DNA of 64,000 nucleotides from a virus. The notes under the pieces are model-generated. The model was not told the origin of the DNA, did no database searches, and saw only the letters and a program-made list of their open reading frames with translations. Positions 47,823-58,394 of this stretch are shown piece after piece. Both the position numbers and the translations under genes were made by a program. The stretch covers positions 21,300 to 85,299 of the IMG/VR virus record IMGVR_UViG_3300020810_000992; one strand, 5' to 3'. Within the stretch, counting starts at the first letter, position 1. Each line of letters starts with the position of its first letter.

Positions 47823-49679
47823 ATGGCAAATAGAATACCATTAATTGTTGACAGAGATGATCAAAACAAACTAAAAGAACTTCCGGTAGGTGACAATTTA
47901 AATCTAACAGGAAGTGGAATAGTTGGAGCGGCTAACATTGAGGCAACAGGACTTACTATTGCAGGTGTTAGTTATAATCCATTTAGTGGAAGTTATAATG
48001 ATTTAACAGATAAACCTAATGTAGCCGCTACTACAACAGACTTGCCCGAAGGTGCTAATCAGTATTTTACAAATGAAAGAGTAGATGATAGAGTTGCCGC
48101 AATACTTGTTGAAGGTACTGGTATTGATATTACTTACAATGATTTAACTGGACGTATCACAATTACAAATACTGGTGGTGGTGAAGGTGGTGGAAGTGAT
48201 ATTCCTACAAACTTTACCGGATTAGCATCTAATCAAGTAATGAAGTATAGTACAGCTGATGAGGCCTGGATTAATGGAAGTGTAGCTTATTCTGAAATAC
48301 TAGGAAGACCAACATTTGCATCAGTAGCAACAACAGGTAGTTATAATGATTTAACTAATAAGCCTGATTTGGTTAACGACATTAATGATTTGTCCGATGT
48401 TGATACATTTTCAACAGCACCGACATTAGGACAAGTATTGAAATGGGATGGTAGCAAATGGGCTCCTGCAGATGATATTACATCAGGCGGTGCTGGCTTA
48501 GATGCTACAACATTAAATGGCTTTGCTGGGTCATATTATTTAGACTGGGCAAACTTTACTAACAAACCTACATTGTTTAACGGAGAATGGGGAAATTTAG
48601 TTGGAACTCCAACTACATTATCTGGATACGGAATTACTGATGCTGTTACTACAGCCGGTGATTACACACAAAACGGTAGTGTTACATTTAAAAGCGATAC
48701 TGGTATTATAGTAGGCGCAACTGATAATGTTAAATTGTATGTTAACAATGATGTAATTCTTGCAACAACTTTAAACGATCAGGACTTAGATATTAGAGTT
48801 AAGCCACTTTCCGGTGAAGTTACTGCAATTAAAATCGACACTGGTACACAAAGAATTGGTATTTTTAATTCATCACCTGGACGTAAATTAGATGTAAGTG
48901 GAGATGTTAATGCTACAGAATATTATGGCAGTGGTGCTAACTTAACAGGAATTACATTAGGACAAGTTTTAATTGGGGGTTCTGAAACCAGCAATAGTGT
49001 TAGTTTTGGTAATGTGACACCGTTTACAGCAAATACATACAACTTAGGTGCATCGAACAATCGTTACCAAAATACATATTCAAATTTTTATTACGGTGAC
49101 GGATCTAATCTAACAGGACTTAGTGCAAGTATTGTTTCAGGATTAGCAAGTGTTGCAACAAGCGGAGCATATGCAGACATATCAGGTACTCCAGTACTAG
49201 CAAATATTGCTACATCAGGATCATATGGAGATTTGGTTGGAGCACCGTCAATTCCAACTGATATAACAGACTTAGGTATTAGTGACGGAACTGTTGGACA
49301 AGTACTAACAACTAACGGTGCAGGAGTATTTACATTCCAAGACGCAGGAGATTCGATTGGAAATTTAACTGTAACTAATAGTACAATAACTACAACAGAT
49401 GCGGCGATTACATTTACTGACGATGTAGTGTTTAGCGGATCAGTGAGTGCAGATAGCTTTACTGGTACTGGTACAGGAACTCCTATTATCGATAGTGCGG
49501 CAAGTATTGAGCTACAAGCCGTTGACGCAGTTAAAATTACTACTAGTCCATTACGTTTAGCAAGTTTTACAACTACTGAACGAAATGACTTAACGCCAAG
49601 TAATGGCGATATGATTTATAATACTACTACAAATAAATTCCAAGGCTATGCAAATAGTGTTTGGGTAGATCTACATTAA
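47823..49679 (+). CDS. tail fibre-like protein
   Basis: Repeated SGSYNDL..KP and GQVL motifs. Confidence 0.7.
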   Translation: MANRIPLIVDRDDQNKLKELPVGDNLNLTGSGIVGAANIEATGLTIAGVSYNPFSGSYNDLTDKPNVAATTTDLPEGANQYFTNERVDDRVAAILVEGTGIDITYNDLTGRITITNTGGGEGGGSDIPTNFTGLASNQVMKYSTADEAWINGSVAYSEILGRPTFASVATTGSYNDLTNKPDLVNDINDLSDVDTFSTAPTLGQVLKWDGSKWAPADDITSGGAGLDATTLNGFAGSYYLDWANFTNKPTLFNGEWGNLVGTPTTLSGYGITDAVTTAGDYTQNGSVTFKSDTGIIVGATDNVKLYVNNDVILATTLNDQDLDIRVKPLSGEVTAIKIDTGTQRIGIFNSSPGRKLDVSGDVNATEYYGSGANLTGITLGQVLIGGSETSNSVSFGNVTPFTANTYNLGASNNRYQNTYSNFYYGDGSNLTGLSASIVSGLASVATSGAYADISGTPVLANIATSGSYGDLVGAPSIPTDITDLGISDGTVGQVLTTNGAGVFTFQDAGDSIGNLTVTNSTITTTDAAITFTDDVVFSGSVSADSFTGTGTGTPIIDSAASIELQAVDAVKITTSPLRLASFTTTERNDLTPSNGDMIYNTTTNKFQGYANSVWVDLH

Positions 49680-49688
49680 GGAGTCGCA

Positions 49689-52196
49689 ATGAGCGAACGC
49701 GAATATATTGTTAGCTTGAATCGCGGTGTTGATTATGATTCTTTTTGGAATCAAATTGAAAACACTAGTGAAGACGATGGATTTGTTCCGGCTAGACGAG
49801 TTGATATTGTAAACAACAGAGACGGCAGTTTGAGAAGTTGTCACTATAGTTTAACAGACGAAGAAGCAAAAACTCTTACAAATGACCCTAGAGTTTACAG
49901 TGTAGAAATTCCTCCAGAACAGCGTGACGATATTCAAATTGGGTTGACAGCACAAGAAATAGCCAACTTTAATAAAACTACAGTTGATGCAGGTAATTAT
50001 AGAGACTGGGGTAAAATACGTCATAGCTTTTTAGTTCAACCATATGTTGGAAACGAAACCACTAGTAATTTTCCATATATATTCGATGGCACTGGTGTAG
50101 ATGTTGTAATTCAAGATAGTGGACTACAAGTTGACCATCCAGAGTTTGCTATTGATGATCTTGATATTGATTACAGAAATGGCTCAATTATTGACGTTAT
50201 AGGTGATGGCAGTGATTTCTTCAAACGTGAAGTTACTGTTAACGGTGTAAGAGTTATGGGTGCTGGCACAGTAGGTGGACAAACAGCAGTACCAGATGCA
50301 TGGTTAGAAAAAGTAGCACGTATGTTTGAATTATTTACAGATCCAAATGGTGCAGGCATTAACGAAGAATACCAAAGAAATTTAATTAAAACACTCCGTG
50401 GTGATGCAGGAACTTATCACGCAGGCTTACCAACTATACAAAGAGTAGCAAGAGGTGCAGGAGCAGATTACACTCCAAACTTCTTAACTGATGCAGGTGT
50501 TCTTGCTTGGAACTTAACTAACCTGTTTGATACGACTGTACAAAATGACATGGTATGGTATTTAAACTCAACTGGTGATGGGTATGGCGATGGTGACATT
50601 GACGCACAAGAAGTTATTGAACACGTATTCCACACACTACACATGCACGGGTTACCTGCAGACGATATAAAACTATATCAGTTCTTAGCCGCTGACTGGC
50701 AGACAGGTGATTTGTATGCCGCAATGGAAGAAGCATACGATGCTGGCAAGTGGGATCCATCAGGTTATCAAGAAAATCCAGATGATTGGAAAACAGATGC
50801 AGATGCATTTGAAGTAGCCGCAAAAGAATACTTGTTCCTACTAAACTTTGCTATGTTTGAATACACAGAATTATGGGACGGTGGAAGTCTTGCTCCAGAG
50901 TGGACAGATGATATGCGCACTCAAGCAGGCATTCTAGCAAATAACCCATTAGGTTATGCATTCCATAACACATACATTGCTCCAATTATTAGCAAACCAT
51001 CACTTGCAACAATTAGAAGCATATTCCAAGATGGTAACACACCAGCACAAGACAATCCAGCAATAGCAGGTGGTTCAGGATATGTTGCAGATACAGGATA
51101 TAGAGTACATCAAATAAATTGGGCCGAAGCAAGTGGTTTACCTTTTACACAAAGTTCAAACCATTATAGAGATTATCACGGACACGGCACACATGTTGCA
51201 GGCACAGCCGCAGGATTAAATTTTGGATGGGCAAAAAATGCACGTATATACTCTGTTAAGCTCGCTGGACTGGAAGGGTCTGGAGATAGCGGCACTGGTA
51301 TTAGCACAACATATGCATTTGATTGTATTAAACTTTGGCATAGAAATAAACCCATAGATCCAACGACAGGATTTAAACGCCCTACTATTGTAAACATGAG
51401 TTGGGGTTACAGTGCAGGGTATGGCGATCGTCCGGATGGTGTAAGTGATCTTGTTTATCGCGGTACAACTTACAATCTAGGTAACGATCCAGACTTTAAT
51501 AATACTGCACACCGTACTAGTACATACGGATTTTATCCATATTTTACAAGTAGTGGTTATCGATATCCTGTTAGAATTGGTTCTATTGATGCAGATGTAC
51601 AAGAATTAATTGATGAAGGCATACATGTATGTATTGCCGCAGGAAATAATAGTTTTAAAATAGATGTGCCAGGCGGTGACGATTATGACAATATTGTGTT
51701 TAGTTCAGGAGGAACAGGATTCTATCAAAGAGGAAGTTCACCATATGATGATCAAGCATTTATGGTAGGATGTCTAAGTGCAACTACTGCATCACCCGAA
51801 CAGAAAGTTGGTTTTAGTTCAAACGGTCCAGGAGTTGACATTTATGCGGCTGGTCATAATATTATTAGTGCAAGTAGTAATATTAATCAGATTGGTGGCG
51901 TAACTTATTTTAATAATTCTAGTTTTAAACAAATCAATATTAGCGGAACTAGTATGGCAAGTCCACAAGTATGTGGTTTAGGAGCAATTTATTTACAAGC
52001 AAATCCAGACTGGAGTCCAGCACAATTACGTGATCGTTTACATAAAGACAGTGCATCAACATTAGAAGATGGGGGTCTAACTGATTATGCTGATACTTCA
52101 CAAATTAGTGGAGGTCCTAATAGATTAATGGTAAGTCGATATGGTGTTGTGTCACCATATAATAGTAACTTATATGCTTTAGGCAAAAAGCGGTAA
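49689..52196 (+). CDS. subtilisin-like (S8) serine protease with large internal insertion
   Basis: VDVVIQDSG (Asp), HGTHVAG (His), AAGN, SGTSMASP (Ser). Confidence 0.88.
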   Translation: MSEREYIVSLNRGVDYDSFWNQIENTSEDDGFVPARRVDIVNNRDGSLRSCHYSLTDEEAKTLTNDPRVYSVEIPPEQRDDIQIGLTAQEIANFNKTTVDAGNYRDWGKIRHSFLVQPYVGNETTSNFPYIFDGTGVDVVIQDSGLQVDHPEFAIDDLDIDYRNGSIIDVIGDGSDFFKREVTVNGVRVMGAGTVGGQTAVPDAWLEKVARMFELFTDPNGAGINEEYQRNLIKTLRGDAGTYHAGLPTIQRVARGAGADYTPNFLTDAGVLAWNLTNLFDTTVQNDMVWYLNSTGDGYGDGDIDAQEVIEHVFHTLHMHGLPADDIKLYQFLAADWQTGDLYAAMEEAYDAGKWDPSGYQENPDDWKTDADAFEVAAKEYLFLLNFAMFEYTELWDGGSLAPEWTDDMRTQAGILANNPLGYAFHNTYIAPIISKPSLATIRSIFQDGNTPAQDNPAIAGGSGYVADTGYRVHQINWAEASGLPFTQSSNHYRDYHGHGTHVAGTAAGLNFGWAKNARIYSVKLAGLEGSGDSGTGISTTYAFDCIKLWHRNKPIDPTTGFKRPTIVNMSWGYSAGYGDRPDGVSDLVYRGTTYNLGNDPDFNNTAHRTSTYGFYPYFTSSGYRYPVRIGSIDADVQELIDEGIHVCIAAGNNSFKIDVPGGDDYDNIVFSSGGTGFYQRGSSPYDDQAFMVGCLSATTASPEQKVGFSSNGPGVDIYAAGHNIISASSNINQIGGVTYFNNSSFKQINISGTSMASPQVCGLGAIYLQANPDWSPAQLRDRLHKDSASTLEDGGLTDYADTSQISGGPNRLMVSRYGVVSPYNSNLYALGKKR

Positions 52197-52216
52197 ATAC
52201 TGTATAGGAGCAGAAT

Positions 52217-52918
52217 ATGGCAATACAGACAATTAATATCGGAACAATCGCAAACGACGGAACCGGAGATGACCTTCGTGAAGCGTTTGTAAAAGTTAAT
52301 AATAACTTTTTAGAACTCAATGCAAGAGATCCAGAAAGAACAACAGCCGCAAACTTAGGAGCGTCGGGACAAGGTATATTTGCACAGTTAAATGGTGCAG
52401 AACTACAATTTAAAAAGATTGTTGCAGGCTCAGCTGTTACTCTTGCATCTGATGCTAATACTATTACTATTAATTCTACTGCTACTGGATTGCCTAGTAT
52501 ACAAGTTTTTGCAGATAACAACAATACTATTGTTGATGCTAATAATGATACATTAACTATTGCCGGTGGAAATCTTGTCACTACTAATTTAGTAGGAAAT
52601 ACAATTACTATTGCTTCTGAAACATCTTTAATTACAGACACTAATCCAAGACTTGGTACTAATTTAGACGGTGCTGGAAATAAAATTTATGGTACAAGCG
52701 ATATTGAAAGTAATATTTGGGGCATTGACATTCGTCAAATGGACGGTATACAATCATTTATTAATCAACTTGATTTAGGAGAAGCACTTCCTACATCTTT
52801 TAGTAATGCATTAGAATATCTTTCACGTAATTTAGTTATTGAATTTGACGATGGTACTCAAACATTTACAGCATCAAATGAAGTAACAGCAGATATGGGA
52901 ACACTACCTGTAGCATAA
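52217..52918 (+). CDS. structural protein with gp9/gp10-like N-terminus
   Basis: INIGTIANDGTGDDLREAFVKVNNNF; TAAATA and AGGAG upstream. Confidence 0.72.
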   Translation: MAIQTINIGTIANDGTGDDLREAFVKVNNNFLELNARDPERTTAANLGASGQGIFAQLNGAELQFKKIVAGSAVTLASDANTITINSTATGLPSIQVFADNNNTIVDANNDTLTIAGGNLVTTNLVGNTITIASETSLITDTNPRLGTNLDGAGNKIYGTSDIESNIWGIDIRQMDGIQSFINQLDLGEALPTSFSNALEYLSRNLVIEFDDGTQTFTASNEVTADMGTLPVA

Positions 52919-52939
52919 ATATGTATATAGGAGTAATAC

Positions 52940-55900
52940 ATGGCAAATATCCTTTGGACAGTTAGCACTGGACACAGCTTAGGAACAATTAATGAAAGTA
53001 TTGTACAGACAATTGACTTGCCTGTAGATAATACTGTTGACTCTATTAGATTAATTAGTGGAGATTTACCAGGTGGTTTAAGAATAGAAAATTTAACACT
53101 ATCAGGAACACCATTTGAAGTTAAAGAATTAAAAGATTACGAATTTGTTTTAAGAGCAAAAAAAGGAAATAGAGTAGAAGACATTACTCTAACAATTACA
53201 ATTGACGGTGCTGATGCTCCAATTTGGATTACACCTGAAGGTCCGTTACCGTTAGGACCAAATAATAGATTTTATATTTTAGATAGCAGTCCTGTAGATT
53301 TTCAATTACAAGTTATCGATGCTGATTTGCCAGCAGGTGATAATATTGAATATATTTTAGAAGATGACGGCGGCGAGCTACCACCCGGAATATCATTAGA
53401 TAGAACAACTGGTAAACTTACAGGAATTGTTGAGCCACTGCTGGCGTTGGAACAAAGAGCTAGTGCAGGATTTTTTGACACCAATTTGTTTGGTTCTTTC
53501 CCATATGACTTTGGTATTAAAAGTTTTAATGGATTTGAAAGTTACTATTACGATACAACATTTTACGACTATGCAGTTCCTACTCAAAGTCCTAAAAAAC
53601 TAAACAGAAATTATCAGTTTACTGTTTCAGCAAGTGACGGTGTAACTATTATTAAGCGTAAGTTTCAAATTTACTTAGTTGGTGATGATTTCTTAAGAAC
53701 TGATAATACAATTATGCAAGTTGCAACTGGGTTGTTTACTGCTGATAACACATACTTACGAGCCCCAATTTGGTTAACGCCTAGTGATTTAGGATATCGA
53801 CGTGCTAATAACTATGTAACATTATTCTTAGATGTGTACGATCCAACTAGTAATCAAGGTATTATTAGTTTTACAGTTAAACCGTCAAATGCAGATGGAA
53901 CAGCAAGTATATTACCTCCGGGTATGGAACTTGATAGTATAACTGGTGAGATTGCAGGGCGTGTTCCTTATCAGCCAGCAGTTACGAAAGAATACAAATT
54001 TACAATCGAAGCACTAAGACAGCTTGGTTCTTCATCATCTACTTCTACACAATTTTTTGCAAACAACTTAGGTAAGAGTCCTTGGACTCAAATTAATCCT
54101 CAATTTGAACCAACTGATTTATTTTATCCAGATGACGAAAACAACTTTTCTTTCTCAGACTTTGCTGATAGTTATTTTAATACAGGAAATACTGAAACAG
54201 GTTGGTTAGTGTTTAGCGAAGTTGCGTTAACTGAAGATGATGCAAGTGATAATAAAAATTATGTTGCATTAGATATTGTAGATACAAAAGTTTGGGTTAT
54301 TGAACAAGGTAAAGTTGTTGCTTCTAATGCAGATAGTGCATTAACTAAAATTGAAAAAGGAACAACAGATTATAATAGAGGACAGTTTATTGGCACTATT
54401 GCTAACGTAGGTTATAAGACTTATGATAATAATGGTGCAGTTACAGCTAATAAAGTAGTTACTATTAGTTTTTATAATTATGAAAAACAAGTAACTTCAG
54501 AAATTAATCCTACGGTTGCTAAAGATAAAGAATTTACATTAAAACTATTAGGTGAAGTTGAAAGTGCCATTACATGGAACACACTAAGTGATCTTGGAAA
54601 TCTAAGAGCAAACTTTACATCTACTCTTCGAGTAAATGCATCAAGTAACGTTCCTAATGCTGTTGTATTATATTCACTAAAGTCAGGTAGATTGCCTCCA
54701 GGTATCATATTAGCAATTGATGGACAACTTCAGGGTAAAGTTAGACAGTTTGGTACTGTTGATTTACCTGGATTAACAACTATTGATAAAACTACACAAA
54801 CAACTACTTTTGACGGTGCAACAACAACTATTGATAGAAGTTATACATTTACTGTCGAAGCAAGAGATCAGTTTAACTTTAGTGCTAGAACACAAGAGTT
54901 TACTATTACTACAACAGATCCAGATGATATTTTATATAGTAGTATTACTATGATACCATTGCTTCCTAAAGAACAGAGAAATACATATAGAAACTTTATT
55001 TCTGATCCGACAATCTTTACTCCTGGTAGTATTTATAGACCAAACGATCCAACGTTCGGACTACAGCCAGAAATTAAAGTATTAGCATATGCAGGTATTG
55101 AAACTAAAAACATTAGAGAATATGTTGCGGCTATTGCTAAAAATCATAAGCGAAAAAGTTATAAACTTGGAAATATTAATAAAGCAATAGCAAAAAATGT
55201 TGGAAGTAATGATACAGTTTACGAAATAATTTATGTTGATGTTATTGATCCGGCAGAACCCGATATTGGAAAAACTAAAACTAGTTTTACTGCACAATCT
55301 AAAAACAGAATAACAGTAGATAGTATTCAATATGCAGTTACAGACGACAATACTGGTGTTGGTACAGGCGAAGGATTTTTTGAAATTACACTAAGAGGCG
55401 GTGATGATAGATCTCCGGCATCATCTGGTGTTATTACATTTTATACTAGAAGTGGACCTGTACTATTTACTCCAGGCGGCGGCTTTACATGCGTGTTACA
55501 AAGTGGTCAAGAAGTTACTGTAGCAGACATTAATAACAGTATTAATTCTGATCCTTACAGATTTAGACCAATTAGCAATACTATTAAAATTGACAGCGAT
55601 GCTATCAAAGTTAGTGAGAGTAATGATCAAACTAGGTATATAAGTAATATAACTAATATGAGAGATCGAATTAGAGCAATTGGTAATAATTTAAGAGAAT
55701 TTTATCCGTTGTGGATGCGTACTCCACAGAATGTAGGTGAGCCAGAGTTAGGTTATAAATTAGCAATTCCATTATGCTATTGCTTACCCGGCGAAGCAGA
55801 TAACATTTTATTAAATATTAAAAACAGTAATTTTGATTTTAAAAGTTTAGGTATAGAAATTGAACGTTATAATATTGACAGTACACTAGGTAATAGTAAC

Positions 55901-55942
55901 GAACAATATATTCCGTTCGCAAACTATCAATTCAATGTATAG
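52940..55942 (+). CDS. large structural protein with Ig/cadherin-like repeats (baseplate-associated)
   Basis: Repeated LPPG..L...TG.L.G and Y.FT..A motifs. Confidence 0.7.
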   Translation: MANILWTVSTGHSLGTINESIVQTIDLPVDNTVDSIRLISGDLPGGLRIENLTLSGTPFEVKELKDYEFVLRAKKGNRVEDITLTITIDGADAPIWITPEGPLPLGPNNRFYILDSSPVDFQLQVIDADLPAGDNIEYILEDDGGELPPGISLDRTTGKLTGIVEPLLALEQRASAGFFDTNLFGSFPYDFGIKSFNGFESYYYDTTFYDYAVPTQSPKKLNRNYQFTVSASDGVTIIKRKFQIYLVGDDFLRTDNTIMQVATGLFTADNTYLRAPIWLTPSDLGYRRANNYVTLFLDVYDPTSNQGIISFTVKPSNADGTASILPPGMELDSITGEIAGRVPYQPAVTKEYKFTIEALRQLGSSSSTSTQFFANNLGKSPWTQINPQFEPTDLFYPDDENNFSFSDFADSYFNTGNTETGWLVFSEVALTEDDASDNKNYVALDIVDTKVWVIEQGKVVASNADSALTKIEKGTTDYNRGQFIGTIANVGYKTYDNNGAVTANKVVTISFYNYEKQVTSEINPTVAKDKEFTLKLLGEVESAITWNTLSDLGNLRANFTSTLRVNASSNVPNAVVLYSLKSGRLPPGIILAIDGQLQGKVRQFGTVDLPGLTTIDKTTQTTTFDGATTTIDRSYTFTVEARDQFNFSARTQEFTITTTDPDDILYSSITMIPLLPKEQRNTYRNFISDPTIFTPGSIYRPNDPTFGLQPEIKVLAYAGIETKNIREYVAAIAKNHKRKSYKLGNINKAIAKNVGSNDTVYEIIYVDVIDPAEPDIGKTKTSFTAQSKNRITVDSIQYAVTDDNTGVGTGEGFFEITLRGGDDRSPASSGVITFYTRSGPVLFTPGGGFTCVLQSGQEVTVADINNSINSDPYRFRPISNTIKIDSDAIKVSESNDQTRYISNITNMRDRIRAIGNNLREFYPLWMRTPQNVGEPELGYKLAIPLCYCLPGEADNILLNIKNSNFDFKSLGIEIERYNIDSTLGNSNEQYIPFANYQFNV

Positions 55943-55976
55943 TGCTGATAAATAACAGTACACGAGAGGATTAAAA

Positions 55977-56573
55977 ATGGCAAGTAATATTAATGACACT
56001 GGCGTAAATCAAAACTACCCTGTTGCAGGTGTAGATAACGATTCGCAAGGATTTAGAGATAACTTTTCAGTTATTAGAAGCAATTTTGTAGCGGCAAAGG
56101 CTGAAATTCAAACACTACAAAATACAACTGCACAAGGAGTTACATATAACTCTGAGACAGGAACTAACGATTTTTTGAACAGTACAGTAACAGGTTTAAA
56201 TCTTATTAACAGTACTGAACAATCATATTCAGCACCTGGTACAGTTACTTCTAGTCAAAACGTCAATCTAAGTAGTGGCTTTTATCAATCTTTTACAGTT
56301 GGTGCGGATATTACATTTAACCTAACTGAATGGAACAGTGATACTGGTAAGGCAGGTAGAGTAAGAGTGTATATTAAAAATGACTCTGTACAAAGAACTA
56401 TTACATTTACATCAAATGAAAATGCTGGTACAATCAAACGAGGACCAACTTGGCCTACAGAAGATAGTACTGCCGTAATTGATGTACCTAATACTAAAAC
56501 GTTTGTTTTTGAATTTGTTAGTTTTGATTCAGGCGCAACTGTATATGCCGACTATCTCGGTATATTCGAATAA
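55977..56573 (+). CDS. structural protein
   Basis: YPVAGVDNDSQGFRDNF N-terminus; late box upstream. Confidence 0.6.
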   Translation: MASNINDTGVNQNYPVAGVDNDSQGFRDNFSVIRSNFVAAKAEIQTLQNTTAQGVTYNSETGTNDFLNSTVTGLNLINSTEQSYSAPGTVTSSQNVNLSSGFYQSFTVGADITFNLTEWNSDTGKAGRVRVYIKNDSVQRTITFTSNENAGTIKRGPTWPTEDSTAVIDVPNTKTFVFEFVSFDSGATVYADYLGIFE

Positions 56574-56575
56574 AA

Positions 56576-56815
56576 ATGATACATCCTTTTAGTGAAGATA
56601 CAAAAAATTTAACAGTCCAGCAGTGTTACGATAAAATTGCTGAACTATCAAATAAGTACTTTGTTACACAAAATCCTCAGCTACGCGAACAAATTTCTAC
56701 ATTTATAGAATATTACAAACAAGAAGCTATTACCAAAGAAGCACAATTACGAATTGAGCAACAAAATCAAGATAATGGCAATTTAGATCTTGACAGTTTG
56801 ATTAATATCAGTTAA
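56576..56815 (+). CDS. hypothetical protein
   Basis: 79 aa ORF in operon. Confidence 0.55.
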   Translation: MIHPFSEDTKNLTVQQCYDKIAELSNKYFVTQNPQLREQISTFIEYYKQEAITKEAQLRIEQQNQDNGNLDLDSLINIS

Positions 56816-56824
56816 ACTGTATAC

Positions 56825-57349
56825 ATGATTATGAAAACAGATTCTTTAGGAATACCACGATTCTCAAATCGCGACTTAATCGATATGATCTATAGTGGTC
56901 ATGTGGATAAAGTACACGTTGTACTATGTGATCCAAGTGATGACGTAGATAAATTTAATTCTGCAATGGAAGAACAAGGTATGAATCCATTGCAAAAGTA
57001 TATTCCATTGGATGTAGATCAAAAGACTTTTGACGGTGTATGCCAAAGTGAATGGTTTATGCCACAAGAGTATAAAGAACTTGATGTCTATAGTTTTGTA
57101 ATGAACAAAGCAGGTGATGATTTAGCAGAATTAAAAAGAGTTGAAGAAGAACTTGCACAGTTTAAAGTACGAGGCATGACTAACTTACTACGTTACATGA
57201 TCTATCTTGTAGACTTTATGCGTGAGAATAACATTGTATGGGGTGTAGGACGTGGATCAAGTGTAGCAAGTTATGTGCTGTATTTGATAGGTGTACATCG
57301 TATTAATTCAATCCAGTTTGACCTGGATTGGCGTGAGTTCCTTAGATAA
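56825..57349 (+). CDS. DNA polymerase III alpha (DnaE)-like fragment
   Basis: RVEEEL...YLVDFMRENNIVWGVGRGSSVASYVLYLIGV..I; only 174 aa. Confidence 0.8.
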   Translation: MIMKTDSLGIPRFSNRDLIDMIYSGHVDKVHVVLCDPSDDVDKFNSAMEEQGMNPLQKYIPLDVDQKTFDGVCQSEWFMPQEYKELDVYSFVMNKAGDDLAELKRVEEELAQFKVRGMTNLLRYMIYLVDFMRENNIVWGVGRGSSVASYVLYLIGVHRINSIQFDLDWREFLR

Positions 57350-57384
57350 GTACAGTATAATAAACCTTTAACAGGAGAAATAAA

Positions 57385-57780
57385 ATGGCAGTACAACAAA
57401 AGGGTCGTAAGCAATATAGAACAATGACAGGTAAAGTTATTGATATGGATTTGCTTAGACAAAGAAATGAACTAACTCCAGCTGTAGGCAATGCTCGTGT
57501 AAATGCACGTGGCGACGAACTAGGCCCAGGCGGAAAAATTATTAAGAAGCGTGAAGAGTTGCTTCGAGATTATTATGCAGAAAATGTCGAACCTACTGAG
57601 TTTGAACAGCCTGCACCTAAAGAAAAAGCTGAAGAAACAGCAGAACCACAAAACACTGTAGAAGTAGAGCAACCAACAAGTAGAAGTACAAAAGCTCAAC
57701 CTGGAAAAACTAAGGCCGAATCAAAAACTCAAGACGATTGGGTTGAAGACGATGACGGCAACTTTGTACCAAAAGGATAA
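57385..57780 (+). CDS. hypothetical phage protein
   Basis: AGGAG SD; AVGNARVNARGDELGPGG. Confidence 0.65.
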   Translation: MAVQQKGRKQYRTMTGKVIDMDLLRQRNELTPAVGNARVNARGDELGPGGKIIKKREELLRDYYAENVEPTEFEQPAPKEKAEETAEPQNTVEVEQPTSRSTKAQPGKTKAESKTQDDWVEDDDGNFVPKG

Positions 57781-57788
57781 AGAAGAAA

Positions 57789-58241
57789 ATGGATTTTGAT
57801 TACGAAGCAATGGCCAAAGGCAAAAAAGGTATTCAGGCATCAGTAAAAGCAAACACCATCAGACCTATTCATAATCGAGTGATTGTAAAGAATATGCACT
57901 TTGGTGATACTACTACTAACGGAGGTATCATTGTACTAAACGATGATGGTAAAGATCGAGGAATTAAGCCTCGTTGGGCACAAGTAGTTTCAAAAGGTCC
58001 TGAAAACGACGATCCTTATAATGAAGGAGATTGGATCTTAGTAGAACACGGTCGTTGGACTAGAAGTTTTGACGTTGATTTTGGCGACGGAGAACCTATC
58101 ACTATGAGAACAGTTGAAGCAGAGAGTATTCTTATGTGGGATACTGAACGACCTGAAGATATGTTGTTCGGTAGTAAAACAGGTGCAACTAGTACTACTA
58201 CTCATCGTCCAGAAGACTTTACAGGTATGCCTCCGGTATAA
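57789..58241 (+). CDS. groES: co-chaperonin GroES-like
   Basis: IRPIHNRVIV, TTNGGII, VVSKGP, GDWIL. Confidence 0.8.
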   Translation: MDFDYEAMAKGKKGIQASVKANTIRPIHNRVIVKNMHFGDTTTNGGIIVLNDDGKDRGIKPRWAQVVSKGPENDDPYNEGDWILVEHGRWTRSFDVDFGDGEPITMRTVEAESILMWDTERPEDMLFGSKTGATSTTTHRPEDFTGMPPV

Positions 58242-58394
58242 AAATGAATCTGTCTAATGTTTCAACAGAAGCACTAAAGGCTAAACTAAAAAAATTAGAC
58301 GCAGTATATCACATAACAGATGATGTCCAAATGCGTTATAAAATAATGCAGGCGGAAGACCAAATTAAACAACAACTTAGAGAAAGAGGCGAAA

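Noticed and set aside
50150-51095. Intein or intron explanation for the S8 insertion
   Set aside because: Frame is open throughout and lacks intein C/S start, HN end and LAGLIDADG motifs.
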